NCBI RefSeq assembly: GCF_009834535.1
Contig: NC_045697.1
Location: 22,632,001 to 22,696,000, forward strand
DNA length: 64,000 nucleotides
Source of the DNA: Camelus ferus
Taxonomy: Eukaryota
Direction: 5' to 3'
Made by a program: the position numbers and the translations under genes. The notes under the pieces are model-generated. The model was not told the DNA's origin. It saw only the letters and a program-made list of their open reading frames with translations, and made no database searches. Within the stretch, counting starts at the first letter, position 1, and every line of letters starts with the position of its first letter. Shown here piece by piece: positions 37,636 to 50,914 of the stretch.

Positions 37636-39689
37636 ATTATCAAGGACTATGAACTTTTTAAATGCTTTTTGCAAAGTTGACCCCAAAGGTATTCAAAATC
37701 ATAATTTTGATTATTGCATAATAATTCATATTATATATACACATACATTTTTGTCTTTACTTTGCAACTTGTTATTTTTATTTAGGCAGGATTTCTTTAC
37801 ACTAGGTTTTATTGTTGCAAGTAAAGTGTCCTTCAGCAATCAAATATTGTCTATGAGCTTTTCTTTGACAGTTTGCTGAAGTTCCCATTAAGACACTTAC
37901 TGGAGGGCACTGAACTTTGTTGCCTAATAAGAACATCTCATGAGAAAGGTAATTTGATAAATTTTAGAGTTATTGGGTAAATCTCACATTGTGCTTAAAA
38001 CTTCTGATATAGAAAACCTTCTTTTTAAAATTTACTCAATTAGTTTACAAATTAATGAATTGGATTACCATGATTTCCAGAAACTGCAGTTACGAAAATA
38101 TAAATATGTGCTCATCTAAATTGAATTATATTACAGCAAATATCTTTTTAAATGATTCTTTTGAACTGCAGAGAGTGCTACAAGTCTATTGGAAACAATG
38201 TACTCCATAAAGTTAAGTTAAAAGTATATATATTGTTCTCTCTCTCTCACTCCTGTTTCCATGCCCCCCACCAGCTGCAAGGGCCAGCTGTTCTGAAAGT
38301 TGAATTCTCTTTTAGTATTATATATATGGTTATATATAATATATAAAAATATTAATATAGTTTTATAATTCCAAATAAATAATAATTTAATGATAATAAA
38401 TGATGATAATTTATTTGACACAATTCTTCTTTTATAAACTGTCTAGTATGGAAAATACATCATCAATTTACTTCTTAGCCCCATAGCCTCAACACATGGA
38501 CAGTTGAAGGACTTGTGGTTTCCCAATGTGTTTCTGAAATATTCTGTCTAAGGTTAAGTGCCATTTTCTCTGAGATTAACTCTAACTTTCCCAGCTCCAC
38601 AGGGTTTTGGCTTCAGGGTCTATGCTCTTACCTGAGCTGTACTTCCTGACCGAGTAGACAAGAATTATGTCTCATTAAGTCAGCTTCCCCAGAATTGCTC
38701 TGTTTAGGACAGAGTGGGTCATCAAAAATATTTTCTGAAAAGATACATGAATAGACAACATGGACTAGTCCATATCAAGGCTCAAACACCACCCATTCCA
38801 CATTAAAGGGATTGTCCCACTTGATGACGAGGAGGCTGGGTGGGATAAGCAAGATTTTGTACAATAGGCTATTTTATTTTTATTTGTGTAATATGATGAC
38901 TATAATTATCTTATATATCCATGTTGGTTCCAACACTTTGGAATCAGCTGCTCTTTGAAGTTTCCTGTCCTGACCCAATATGACTGGTACTTGTATTCAA
39001 ACACTCACGGACATAATCAACTGGCTACCTGGTACACCCGGTAGAAAGTTACCCATTTAGGATTCTGCTTCTATGTGTCATTAGAAAGTAACCATCACTA
39101 CCTCACCCAACCCCCTTTTTGGAACTTGCCACTTGGCTAATCCGTTTGTAATATGACAGATAGGAGTAATCTTTTTCTTACTATTATTAAGTAGTTTGAA
39201 TGAAGGGAGGAAAACTCTTGGGGCAAAGTAATTATGTTGAATTGCATGGTTCTGCTAAACAGAACTAATTACAGTTCAATTAAGTTTAATGCTCAAACAG
39301 AATTATCATTTAATTGTTTCAATAACAACAAATACCAGTTGAAATGTAAATGTGTGATTATGTTGTACTGACAAAAATGGATTAGGAGTTAGGTACTTGT
39401 CAGAAATCAAATGTGACTAGAAGCTATGAGGATTACAGTATGGTGCAGCCTTCTGAGAATTCCTCATTGGTATCTTGGGATTTCAAAAAATTCGATGTCA
39501 TGTAAATTGACCTTGAAGAAAAGGACTGACTTGAATTGTGTGAGGTATGATACATTTATCTACGTATGTTAAGATTAAGCTGTGTTGCACACTCTGGTTT
39601 CAGAATTTCACTCAGTCTAGAAAATGGTCCTAAAAATGGTATAAAAATTACCTGCAGTGAATTTTGCCCAGTTCTCTACAGCCACCTTG

Positions 39690-40490
39690 CCATTGAAAAC
39701 TGTTAAATTGGACAAAATGTGTGCAGCAACTGTTTTGAGGCACTGGAGAAAAGGGAAATGTACATTATGAGCACTGTATTTGGCCCAGATCTCTCTCTGT
39801 GGATAATTTCCTGGCTGTGACACAGGGAGGTATCCCACAGAGGCCCTGTTAAAGAAGAAACAGACCTCAGAGACTGGGGCCACTGATGGAATCTCTGGAG
39901 CATGGCACTGGAGAGGAGGAAGCACTAGCTTTTACTGTTGCAAGTGATTGGATGTTTTCTGCAAAAACTTGGGCTGCACGGATTCAAGGTTTACCAGAAA
40001 GTAGTTCTTATAAAGTTAATAGTAGAGTGGATGTGCTAAAGATCAAGCAGTTCCTGGAGATATTAGAATTCTGGCCAAGTCAGAATGGAGGGACCCCATT
40101 AGTGCCAAGGAATCTAGCTGGGGCATCAGAAAGATGAAACTTCTGAAGGAATACCCATGTTCTAGAAAAGGCCTACTCTAGAACTAGTCTAAGAAAGTCT
40201 AAAAGCAAACCTGAAGAGATTCACATAGAAAACAGAGTTCACACTCCGAGTCCTGTCAAATTAGAAGGTTGGTAAATACCTTGGGCTTTCCACAAATCTT
40301 CCTCAACAAAATATTAAAGCAAGCCTACCCAAGCTCATGGGACTAGCCAGCAATTGAACTGCCTCTTGAAACAAACTTCAGTAATTTCTGAGGAAAATAA
40401 AAGAAACTAAGCTTTGGCAATGCATTAGCCACTTCTAAAATAATAATAACAATTTAAACCTGGACTGAATGAAAAACAAAAACAGAAAAA
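39690..40490 (+). mobile_element. Ancient L1M (L1M4/L1MC-like) 5' region
   Basis: ccagcaattgaactgcctcttgaaacaaacttcag and related motifs resemble the pre-ORF1 region of old L1M families. Confidence 0.45.
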
Positions 40491-40784
40491 GTAAATCTTT
40501 CAAAATGTCTATTTCTATTCCAATGACATCCAACTTTAAGTATGGATTAATTTTATGTTGGAGTGTATGTTTGAGCAGCATACAAAAAAAATTATTTTGT
40601 TAGATCTCATTATCTAACAGACTATTTACTGTTGTCTGGAGATTTTTCATGGTAAAGTAAATCTAACAGTTTAAAATTTTAGAAGATATTTATTTTTTCT
40701 AAGTTCCCTGTGACCACAAATTTGTCATTGACTCCATTTCTAGAAACGCTCGAGGTAAGTAACTAAACTTTGCATATGGAGCCA

Positions 40785-40879
40785 TAAATGTAATGATAAA
40801 ACATTCTTAAAAGCAGTAATCAGAACTGATTTTAAATGTAATGATAAGATTTCTTACAAACAATAATCAGAACTTATTT
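40785..40879 (+). repeat. Diverged 2-copy tandem duplication, ~48-bp unit
   Basis: taaatgtaatgataa...ttctta...taatcagaact.attt at 40785-40832 and 40833-40879. Confidence 0.9.
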
Positions 40880-41274
40880 TTAATAGTTAAAAAATGAAAA
40901 AATTAAACTAAAATGTAATAAAAAGCAGCAAAATATAGTTCTTTCTAGATGACTATAATAAAACAATAATAACAAATTAATGATGGATTTGATGTTATTC
41001 TGATGTCTTTTTGTCATGTGGCTCAGCATTAGGACATGCATTAAAATGTCTTTACTCTTTCAGTCTCTGGAATCTGCTACTACTTCTGTTGTCTTTAATT
41101 AACAAAAACGAATAGTCAGAGAAGCCATCAAGGCTTCTTTCATTACTCTACTGCATATTAAGAAATTTCCTAAGACAGATTTCGGCTCTTTCAAGATTGA
41201 AAAGAAGACTGTAATAAAGAGGTTCCTGACTTAAGAAGAACCAGATGCTTGAGTTCTCCAAAAAATGTTCTTTT

Positions 41275-41390
41275 CAAATAGATGTTCAACCTATATGAAT
41301 ACCTTTGGTGATGGAGAGCTCATTTCCTCATGAGAAAGCTCATTTTATCTTTGAACAACCATGGTTGTTACAAGTGGACTGAAATCAATA
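41275..41390 (-). mobile_element. L3/CR1 fragment
   Basis: tgaatacctttggtgatggagagctcatttcctc matches the reverse CR1 3' motif. Confidence 0.6.
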
Positions 41391-41824
41391 TATTTTTGTT
41401 ACTATAGTTGCTGCTCATCATTATAACTCTTGCCAATTCTCCAACTGTCATGGTGTTTAGTTTTAAACATCACATACATTATTGACTCTTCTCATAATTA
41501 GCTCATCATCCATCTGCTTCTATCATCTCAAACTCTATTCTTATACTGCATAAGAATGACTTTTTGGCTAATAATTTGGTTCTTTATTTATTTTCTTCTC
41601 TTTACTTCATCCTATATCCAAATATAAAAATCATTTGCTTCCACTATTCTTACTATTATAGAGAGATCAATTTTTTTTTCCTTGTAGGTGCTTTGGTCTG
41701 AATATAAGATTAGGCAGAATATTCCATTTTTTGGTAAGAAGTGCTATGACAAATAAAATTATACTTCTGAAGAGACTTTGTGATATCCTAAATGTTGTTT
41801 ATAAACATTTCAAATTTTATTTTC

Positions 41825-42060
41825 TCTTCCTTCCTCATTCTCAAAACACATTTCAAACAACTGTGTCTCTTGAACTCTGAGAAGTACCAAGGGAACTGTA
41901 ATGAGCAAGGTGGATATGGTCTCTGCCATTATAGAACTTATAGTTTGGTGGGAAAAAATAGACATTGAACAGAAAATCACAATTGATTAATTACAATTGT
42001 GATAACCAATGAGATAGGTATAGAGTGGGAGATCTATTCTAGTCTGAAGGGTCACATGTA
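41825..42060 (-). mobile_element. L2 fragment
   Basis: atggtctctgccattatagaacttatagtttggtggg...agacattgaacag...aattacaattgtgataa. Confidence 0.7.
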
Positions 42061-42354
42061 AGAGTACCAGTCATGTATATGTTTATAACATATTTGGAAA
42101 GCTTCGCAACTTGTATAAATGAATTTCATTGCAAAAGTCTTCATAGAAAAGAATTTTGGTATTCAATTGCATTAAATTAAATTGATGAAAAGCACAGTAA
42201 ACAGAGAGTAAATCATATAACTTGTCTTTTTAGATACATAGTAACAGAAATAGAAAGTTAGAATATATGTCAGTATTATGTTGAAATTTCTCTCATTTTC
42301 ATTCTTTCTCTTCCCTTTCACCTTTCCTGTTTCTCTCTCCTTCTATCTCTTTAA

Positions 42355-42545
42355 TCTCTCTATAATCTCATTTAATTCAAACAATAACACACTATGTAAT
42401 TAGTATGATTTTTCCTATAGAAGCAGACACACTGAAACTTTTGAGACTTTTAAGCAATTTGTTCAGGACAGTAAATTCAGTAAGTGGCCTAGGCTGAAAT
42501 TCACACGTAATCTTCTCTGTTGAAAAGCCTATATTCTTCCTTGAT
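42355..42545 (-). mobile_element. MIR
   Basis: tctcatttaattcaaacaataacacactatg...taagcaatttgttcagg...agtaagtggc. Confidence 0.65.
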
Positions 42546-42554
42546 TTGTTGTAC

Positions 42555-42985
42555 TTTAACAAACATTTATTAAATGCTAACCCTGAACTAGTTTATTTTA
42601 GGCAAGAGAGAAATAAAGATGAATTTGATCTGAGTCTTGACTGAAGGATGGTATCTTAAACACACTTAGAAGTAAAGAAGAGTAATAATTTCTTAAGAGA
42701 GGGGGAGCAACACTGTTAAATCCCTAAGGGCTAGAGGGGTCAAAAAGTGTCCACAGAAGAGGCATTCTTGAGCTAAATCTTAAAGAAAAGTCAGAGTTTG
42801 ACCTGTAGAAATTAGCTATATGTGAAAGGACATTGCAGGTAAGAGAAATAATACATAAAGTAACATTAAGAACTCAAAAGGAGCCTTATATAACTGGAGT
42901 ATAGAATGTATTATAAGAACATATTTCTGAAAAAAATATAGAGAGAAAGAGAGTCCATTTCTTTGCAGGCAATGACAGTTTTAAT
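42555..42985 (-). mobile_element. L2 fragment
   Basis: tttaacaaacatttattaaatgcta start; ttgagctaaatcttaaagaa; ggacattgcaggtaagagaaata. Confidence 0.65.
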
Positions 42986-43289
42986 TAATTAAGTTGAATT
43001 GCATGTTGATTCTCAAATGTAGAAAGAATTTAATATATTCTTAAATATTTATTTTAAATATTAAAGAAGCCTATGGTCTTCATTTCTTTCTTAATATGCA
43101 ATTCAGCTAAACCTCAATCTGAAATTTTTCTCAGTGGGGTAGGAATGTACATCTGTTTTGTAGGAAAAGGAATAGATGGCTCAAGGTAATCAATTATACA
43201 AATTGTTTGAGGTTTCAGGTTTGCTTTTTCTGTCTATTTATTAAACGACTTTGAGAGAATGTGTTTGACATGAAATCAAAAGAGGTTAG

Positions 43290-43400
43290 TGGAAATTGTA
43301 TTATCTATTTCATGACAATGCATAATGAGCTACCGAATGAAGGATTAGTTACCTCTGTCATTGAATAGTTAAAGGGAACGTAAGTTTATTCTGTTGTCAG
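43290..43400 (+). mobile_element. Possible L3/CR1 fragment
   Basis: acaatgcataatgagctacc...agttacctctgtcattgaa weakly matches the CR1 3' motif. Confidence 0.35.
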
Positions 43401-43745
43401 CAGAACACATCAACTTAGATGTTCTTTGCATATTTTGACATTCCAAAAGTGTTTTCCTTTGCAATAGATAACATCTAAATGCTATATCAAAACCCAAGAT
43501 GACTCTTCATCTTTCCGCTTTGGCATGTATTTCTATTCAAAAAACATTTTCATGTATCCACAGACCTGTTTGAGCAATTGCGATCATCATTTTTTCCTCT
43601 CTGTGTCCTTAGCTAGACTTAAATCATCAACCCTTGTTAATGAGCCAGTTATTTTCAAAGGAAGCTTTATTCTCCTCTTTCTGAAGATTGAAACAACAGG
43701 AATGATTAAATGCTGCATGGTAAATGGCAGATTACCCTTCAATGC

Positions 43746-44141
43746 TGTTACCAACTGAAATGTGTCATCCTGCCCCCAAATTCCCTTGCTGAAACTCTAA
43801 TCCCTTATGTGATTATATCTGGATATATGGATTTTGATAAAGTAATTAAGATTAAATGAGGTCATAAGTTTGAGCTCCCAATCTGATAGGAGTACTGTCC
43901 TTCCAACAACAAGAAGAGACAGGCGCGATCTCTCTCCTCCTGTGTGCAGAGGAAAGACCATGTGAGAACATGGTGAGAAGGCAGTTATCTGCAGGCCAGG
44001 AAGAGTGTCTCACCAGAAACCGACCCTGTTGACACTTCGATCTTGAACTTCCAGCCTCCAGAACTGTGAGAAATAGATTTCTGTCCTTTAATCCATCCAA
44101 TCAGTGATATTCTATTACGGCAGTCCTAGGAAAATAATACA
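43746..44141 (+). mobile_element. MaLR solo LTR, MLT1A-like
   Basis: tgttaccaactgaa...ccatgtgagaacatggtgagaaggc...cttccagcctccagaactgtgagaaata...taataca. Confidence 0.9.
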
Positions 44142-45370
44142 TATGGTAACTAAGCATTTTCTAGGATACAGGAATGAGAAAAACTTACCCCACACACTTA
44201 GCAGACGTTAGTGGAAATATCTCTGGCATTCTTTGCAGATGGGCTTATAACATGTAGCAACTGTAAACTGGGTTTAACTCTACAGAACTTGTCTTTCTGT
44301 AGCTTTAACAAAATCTACAGTTGCACTATTCCAGACTGACTATTGGCATTTAGTCTCTGAAGCCACCTTACGTTAGCCTTTTGCCAATGAATTACCACCA
44401 AATAAGTCCTACGTGCAACTTATTTGCATTGCCAAAGACTTGGAAAAGTGGGCTAACAATTTTATAATGTTAAAAAAATACTGTCATACATGAAGCATCA
44501 AATACTGTCTATGCGTATTAGCTTGACATATTATTTCGTGTAAATGATTTGGAAAAACATAGTCAAATCCTTGATTCCCACTTTGAACTAGTCTTTGAGA
44601 AAGTGATTTGCTAAAATGCATGCATTTATCTAAAAAGTTAAGGAAAATAATTATTGCCAGTATGTTTTGATGATTAAATAAGAAAACAAGATAAATCACC
44701 TAGGATAGTATCTGATGCATAAGAACTTCATCAATGCTTAATCTGCATAATTAAGAGAAATGTACAGCAATATACATTTTGAGGTACGAAGGGACACATT
44801 ATTATGCTTTCTTCCATTATGATTATACTTTCTAGTTCTAAGTGTTTTTCTTTTATAAGAAGAATGTTATTTAATTCAAATTTTCTTAATGTCAATTTCT
44901 TATTCATCTTAATTTTTATTAAATATGATATTAAGTAAAACACTCCTCTGAAAAATAAATGATTGGTACATTTAAAGAAAAAAATAAAAACACTAAAATC
45001 CTAAGGTGCATTTACTTGTTTCAAATGTGCTACTCAAAAACATCATCACATTGAATCTTATCTTGCCAAACACTATAATCAATAATTACCAGTTCCTGAG
45101 ACAAATTGTTAAACATAATTATTTTCACATTCTATTAAATTCTTAGACATGAAGATTGTGGACAATTGAACTTATAAACAAATAATTCTATCAGTATTGC
45201 ACTAATGAATTTCTCTCCTCACAGGTAGTGTTAATAACTATAGCCATAAGAGCCTTAAAATATCTAATACTTTATTTCATTTTGTTCTTAGATCAAATTT
45301 AAAATGGGAACTATTATTTCCATTTAAAAAGTGAAGGGCCCAAATCTAAGAGAGTTTAAGTCAAGGTAGC

Positions 45371-45744
45371 TGTTGGTAACAAATATAAACCAAGGCATAT
45401 TAAAATTTTTAAGAGTTTCTTTGAGCAAAAATTGATTCCAGTTGGGCAGCAGCTAGGAAGGAGGTCTGAGCAGCTCAACAAAGTGAAGGACTTTTATAAG
45501 CAGAAGGGAGTGGAACATTATACTAGGCAAAAATAATGAGTTCAGTTATTGCAAAGTTAGTTTCCTTTAGGGGATGGATGGACCTCACAGACAGATTACT
45601 TAACTAGTGCTGATCAGATAATTCCTTATTGATGGGTTTAAGATCCCACTTCTAGAGGAGCCGAAATTGTAGTTAGGTCTTGGTTTAGTGACCAGGGCTT
45701 AGCACAAACCTTTCCATTTAATGTCTATTGTCTTGTTTTTAACA
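45371..45744 (-). mobile_element. ERV (class I-like) solo LTR inserted in a MIR
   Basis: TGTT...AACA termini; reverse TATA (cttttataag); MIR-like sequence on both sides (~45265-45370 and ~45745-45812). Confidence 0.65.
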
Positions 45745-46726
45745 GGATTAAGTGTCAAGGCTGAGAAAATTTCATACTATTTCATTCCAATGCCCATGTT
45801 CTTTTTACTGCTGCAAAAAATTTAGATTTGATAAACTGTATTTTTATGCACAATTCTTTTCTCAATTTTTAAAAAATTATTTTGATTCCATTCATTACAA
45901 CTGACATTGGATTGCCTGTAAAGAGTTTCAATTGGTAATATATCTGGAATGGAATCAAAAGATAGTGGTGTTAGCTCTTAGGATTGGACGGCAAAATTCT
46001 AGTGTATTAACATCAACATCATTTGTAATATATGAGTATTCAAAAATATGAAATAAATTATAACTGAGAAATCTTATTTTTAAGAGGATGGTCTGGGTAA
46101 AAAGGTAATGTTAGTGTCTGCAGTTCAGATAAAGTTAATATCTCTAGCATCTGGAATTACATGTTAAACCTAATGTAAGTGAACCTTAGCTGACACTATG
46201 GAAGAAAATCAGAATTGTAAAGAAAACTCAGAGCTGTTAATTTACTAAATATAGCAAAAGCATTTTTAGTAGGAATTTTCTTCTGTGCAGATGATTATTT
46301 AAATATAATGTCAAAGAGTCCAGATTTTACAACCTCATAATTAAAGTGGGTGATGCTAACACATTTAGACTGGGTTCTTTGCTGATTAGCTATTAAAGTA
46401 TTCCAAGAGATTCTCTTGTTTTAATCAATGGAAGAGCATGCAAACGGTGAATTAAGTGTGGTATTATTTTACCTAGTTTACATATGATTAACCTTTAAAA
46501 GAGAAATAGATACAGGCTCAAGTATTTGCTTTCAAATTAACAAGCATTCACTTTTAAATCAAAGGAATTTCTTTGTTAGCAATATGAATGGAATATTTAT
46601 TTCAAATAAAATTTCTTCTCTGATTTTTATAACCACCATCACTACCAAAACAAAGTCCCTAAAAAGATACAAAAATAAACATAAATGTATGAAATCATGG
46701 ATTTGATGAACAATTTCAGGATTCCT

Positions 46727-47221
46727 ATAGAGTGGCCAGGTACAATACGAGACACACAGTTAAGTCTGAATTTCAGACAAAGACTGTATAATTTTTTAGT
46801 ATATGTTGTGAGCTAAATTGTGTTTCCCCCAAATTCATATGTTGAAGTCCTAACCCCTGATGCCTCCTAATGTGACTGTACTTGTAGATAGGGCCAGAAA
46901 AATGTAGGTAAGTTACAATGAGGTCATTAGGGTGGGCCAATATGACTGGAGTTCTTAGAAGAAGCAGAAATTTGGATGTAGACAGGTACAGAAGGACGAC
47001 CACGTGCAGACACAGGGAGGAGACAGCCATCTGCACGCCCAGAAGACGAGACCTCAGAAGGAACCAATCCAGCTGCCCAACACCTGGTCTCAGAAGCCTG
47101 GCTCCAGAACTGTGAGAAGCTAAATTTCTGTCATTTAAGCCTCACTGTCCGTAGTGTTTTGTTTTGGCAGCCCTTAGAAACAAATACAATATATTTTATT
47201 TACTAAATTTTGCAGTCTTAA
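46727..47221. mobile_element. MER53 (hAT) split by an MLT1B insertion
   Basis: Left arm tagagtggccaggtacaatac...cagttaagtctgaatttcaga; right arm tattttatttactaaattttgcagtctta. Confidence 0.7.
46804..47188 (+). mobile_element. MaLR solo LTR, MLT1B
   Basis: tgttgtgagctaaattgtgtttcccccaaattcatatgttgaagtcctaaccc...aaataca; flanks gtata/atata. Confidence 0.92.
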
Positions 47222-47589
47222 TTACGAAAAGTTGTAACTGAATATAGTGAAGACTATATTTGTAAAAAAAAAAAACAGGTAAGTACATTAGCTTTTAATT
47301 TATTGTCACTAACATTCATGCTTATAATCTATTCTCCAGATTCTAATCCCCTTTCTGGAAGGGGAGAACTCAGTGTTTTATATTTACTTTTGTTTTGTAT
47401 TTATAATTACTTTAAAAAAATTCCATGAACAAAATTCAACTGAACTTCCTATGTTCAATACTTAAACAAATGTAGCTCCATATTCTCTGAATATAGGCTA
47501 AAACCTTGTAGGACCTGTCAAACCTCAAAGTTCCAGGATTTTATGATATGGATGTGAGTGAAAAAAAAAAATCTCTTTTATTTGTTTAT

Positions 47590-47830
47590 TTATTTGTCAC
47601 ACTGTTTCTTATTCTTTTAAATTCATTCTTTTCCTGTTCACAATAAACTACTTTTTGTAGGAAACTTGTAAAATGGAGGACAGAAGAAAGTAGAAAATAA
47701 AAACCATTCTTAATTCCACCAACGCAAAGACAACCATTTAAACATGTTTTTAATCATTTGCTTCTATTCATTTCATCGTATTTTATGAATGTTTTTCGTA
47801 AAAAGTTATATTTTTATTAAGGTGTATGTA
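47590..47830 (-). mobile_element. Ancient L1ME 3' fragment
   Basis: tgtaggaaacttgtaaaatg...taattccaccaacgcaaagacaaccattta. Confidence 0.5.
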
Positions 47831-47948
47831 TATGTGTATTTCTGTAAGTGATTACGTGTCCCCTTCAAACACCCATCCCCCCCAACACACGCATATTATG
47901 TAGAACCATCTATAATAAGAGAATGAAAATCTTTAAAGCCTCACCTTC

Positions 47949-48361
47949 TGTGGTGGTCATTAGAATTCACTTCAGATTTCCAGCTGCAGGGAGAAAATTC
48001 ACCATGTGGTCCAGGAACTGGGCTCCGAATTTCATCCCCTTGTTGATGTGAGGATGTGATTCCCTCTGGCTGCTCTCAGCTGATGATTAAACATGGGACA
48101 GATATGATGGCAAAGCAATTTCTGACCCATCTGATTATGACCCCTCTGGTGGGCAACTTTGGCTCAAGGACTCGCCAATGTCCTTGTTGAATGTTCCTTA
48201 AGACTACACTGCCACTAAGATGTTTCTACCCGTCCTACTTTCTTCCCTCCTTCCCTCCCCTCTCCCCATCTCTTTCCTTTTTTTTTTTTTCTTTTTTCTT
48301 TTCTTCCTTCCTCCTCTCTTTCTCTTAGAGTCCTGTTTTCCAGAGGACCCTAACTATCACA
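47949..48361 (+). mobile_element. ERVL LTR16-family solo LTR
   Basis: gggcaactttggctcaaggactc...; ends ccagaggaccctaactatcaca; internal pyrimidine tract. Confidence 0.8.
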
Positions 48362-48384
48362 GAAGTCACAGCTAAACTGCTTCA

Positions 48385-49150
48385 AAGATGTAGGCTTCTG
48401 ATTGGAAATACAAAGGTGAAGAAGACAGACAAAGTCCTTTTAAAACTCCTCATATTCTAATTAAGAGAGAGCCAAAAATGCACAAGTACATATAAATGTA
48501 CCAAAAATATTAGGTAACAATATGTGCAGTGGTGATACTGTAGTGATTGACTAGGAACTATTATAGATTGGATGGGTAAGGGAAAAAGCCTCAAAAAAGG
48601 TGACAGTTAAGAGCAAATAGAAGTAGCCAGTATAGTCAGCCTTGTGAAAGTCAAGGGAAAAATCAGAGCAAAGACCATAAGGCAAAAACTAGATTGTCAC
48701 AATAAAGGCCAGAAAGTGAGGCAGAGAATTAAACTTAGAGATATGGATGGAAGCAGGACCAAGGAAGTCTTCATAAAACAGGGTATAATATTTGGACTTA
48801 ACCAGGACAGTATGTCTGGACAGGTAATGAGATCATTGAAGGATTTTGAGAAAGGGAGTTTTAGGAGATGATTTATGTTTAAAAAGTCCATGTTATCTGA
48901 AAAGAGATAATTAGAAGCAAGAGGAATACTAAAAAAAAAATCAGAAGGCTATTCTAATACTCCAGAAAAGAAGTGAAGGTGATTTCATCTGTAGCAACAG
49001 AGAGAGTGAAAAATGGACTAGTTTAGGATTAGTTTTGGAAAGAACCTGCTAATGGACTGGATATAAAGGGTGGAGAAAAGAGAGGTACCACCTAACCATG
49101 CTTAGGTTTGGTTTTTCAAAACTGATGAATAGAGGTCTTGCTTACAGCAA
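48385..49150 (-). mobile_element. L2 fragment
   Basis: tggaaatacaaaggtgaagaagacagacaaagtcc; tcattgaaggattttgag; agaaggctattctaatactccag; tgctaatggactggatat. Confidence 0.8.
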
Positions 49151-50679
49151 CAAGTGTGGGTAATACATGCATATACTGTGGACGTGTTTTCCCACCTTGA
49201 TACACAAGGAGCTATATATTTGTGCCCAGGCACATGGTCTGTGGCAGGGCTAGACTACTGCCCAAGCAGATGTTTATCAGTGAAAGGGCCTCATAGCACG
49301 AGAGGTGATGCTTGTCCATGCCGGGTTGGAGCCAACAGGATAGTAGTCCAGGGTACCCTGGCATTAAGAGCAACCTCAGAGCTTAAGAAAACATGGCTGG
49401 ATTGGCAGAATGGCTGGCATTGAAGTACATTTGTGAAATTGGCATTAGTGGAGATGCTCCTGCTTGTACAGCTTGCTCTCCCTCACCAGCATTAGCCAAA
49501 AGCAAATCTTTCAACCACAGGGAACGCAGACTCAGCGTGGAGTAAAGGCTGAATGGTGGGAAGGAAGGGGATGGCTTCCCTCATCACAACATCTCTAAAC
49601 ATAGCATAATATATATAGTCAACCATATGTAATAAACATAGCATTAAATAAACTATTATATATGCCAGATCCCAAAGCACCTTCTCCTTTTAATATATTA
49701 GATTTATAAAATAAGAATTTTTATCATGATCTGGTTAAAACAATTCATCAGTTGTTACCCAGAGAAGTAAGTTACAGAGTACTGTTAATAGTTATTACCT
49801 GGACATGGGCAAACTTAGTCATATGAAGCCCATTTCTATGTACTCAACCATCAGCTGCACTGGACTGTTTGCATTGCTATCACCACATGCGTGTTTTAAT
49901 TTAAATTACTAAAACCCAACGTTACTTTAAGTGTTTTCAAAGACTCACAGCATAGTGCAGCTTTAGAAGAAGTATGGGCTTGGAGAGGACCATCACAAAC
50001 CAGGTAATGCAACTTAAGGCTGCAGACATTTTTAAGTCTTTCTTATCAGATCCCGGAAAAATCATGTCTAAAAGGCCATGTTTGTAGGTCTGGCAAAAGC
50101 ATGATTCTTATAGTGAATATCTGTTAAAAACTTCTGGATGACTCTCAACACAGATGTTTAACTTTTCATAATGTGTAGCTCAATTAACAGAATAAATGGA
50201 AACTCATGTTTCACCAAAGTGGAAATGCAGACAAAATCCTAGAATCGCTCATATGCTTTGAAAATATGCTATGAATTAAAAAAAAAACATAAAATAAAAT
50301 AAAATAAAGAATTCAAGGACTTGAACATGGTATAGGAAATAAAACCTGTCACAGTGAAGTCTCCAGTAATTCAGAAGACTAACAAAACTTAAGAACTGGA
50401 ATAAAACTTAGACTTGATTTTATTGTGATACTTAAAGGGAGAAGTTTTGCATAATAGTAGATAAAGATATTCTATTGTTATCTAGGAAATTTTTGATGAA
50501 GTTAGGTATATTGCATATAATATTTCCATTATTACAGAATAAGAACTATTTACACAAAATTAAAATATTACTATTTACACACAAAAAATATTGTTTAAAA
50601 ATAATGGATTCTACAATACCTAAAATTTAAAGAAGAATGATAATTCTGGAGCTAGCAAATCTATAGCTAAATCCTTGTT

Positions 50680-50780
50680 TGATTTGGGCAAGAGATTTCA
50701 TCTTTCTGATCCTTTGTTTCTGCATCTGTACCTTCAAGATGGCTATTCCATAGACTGATGAATGAAATTTGTGAACTCAA
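50680..50780 (+). mobile_element. MIR fragment
   Basis: gatttgggcaaga...tctttctgatcctttgtttctgcatctgta. Confidence 0.55.
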
Positions 50781-50914
50781 ACACTGACACATTATACAGT
50801 TAGAAAACAGCTTTTTCATAGTGACTAAAACATTTCCATGTATTACTCTTACAAAGTAGCTAGAAAGTAGTGTCATTTTCTTATTGATATTTATCTATGT
50901 AATAAAGCAATCTT

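Noticed and set aside
37493..37879. 128-aa hydrophobic ORF resembling a membrane protein
   Set aside because: Produced by a CT/T-rich low-complexity tract that lacks stop codons.
39652..39742. Minus-strand exon-like segment with good acceptor and donor and an open frame (CLKTVAAHILSNLTVFNGKVAVENWAKFTA)
   Set aside because: Lies at or in a probable ancient L1 5' region read antisense, and the peptide is unrecognised; most likely a pseudo-exon.
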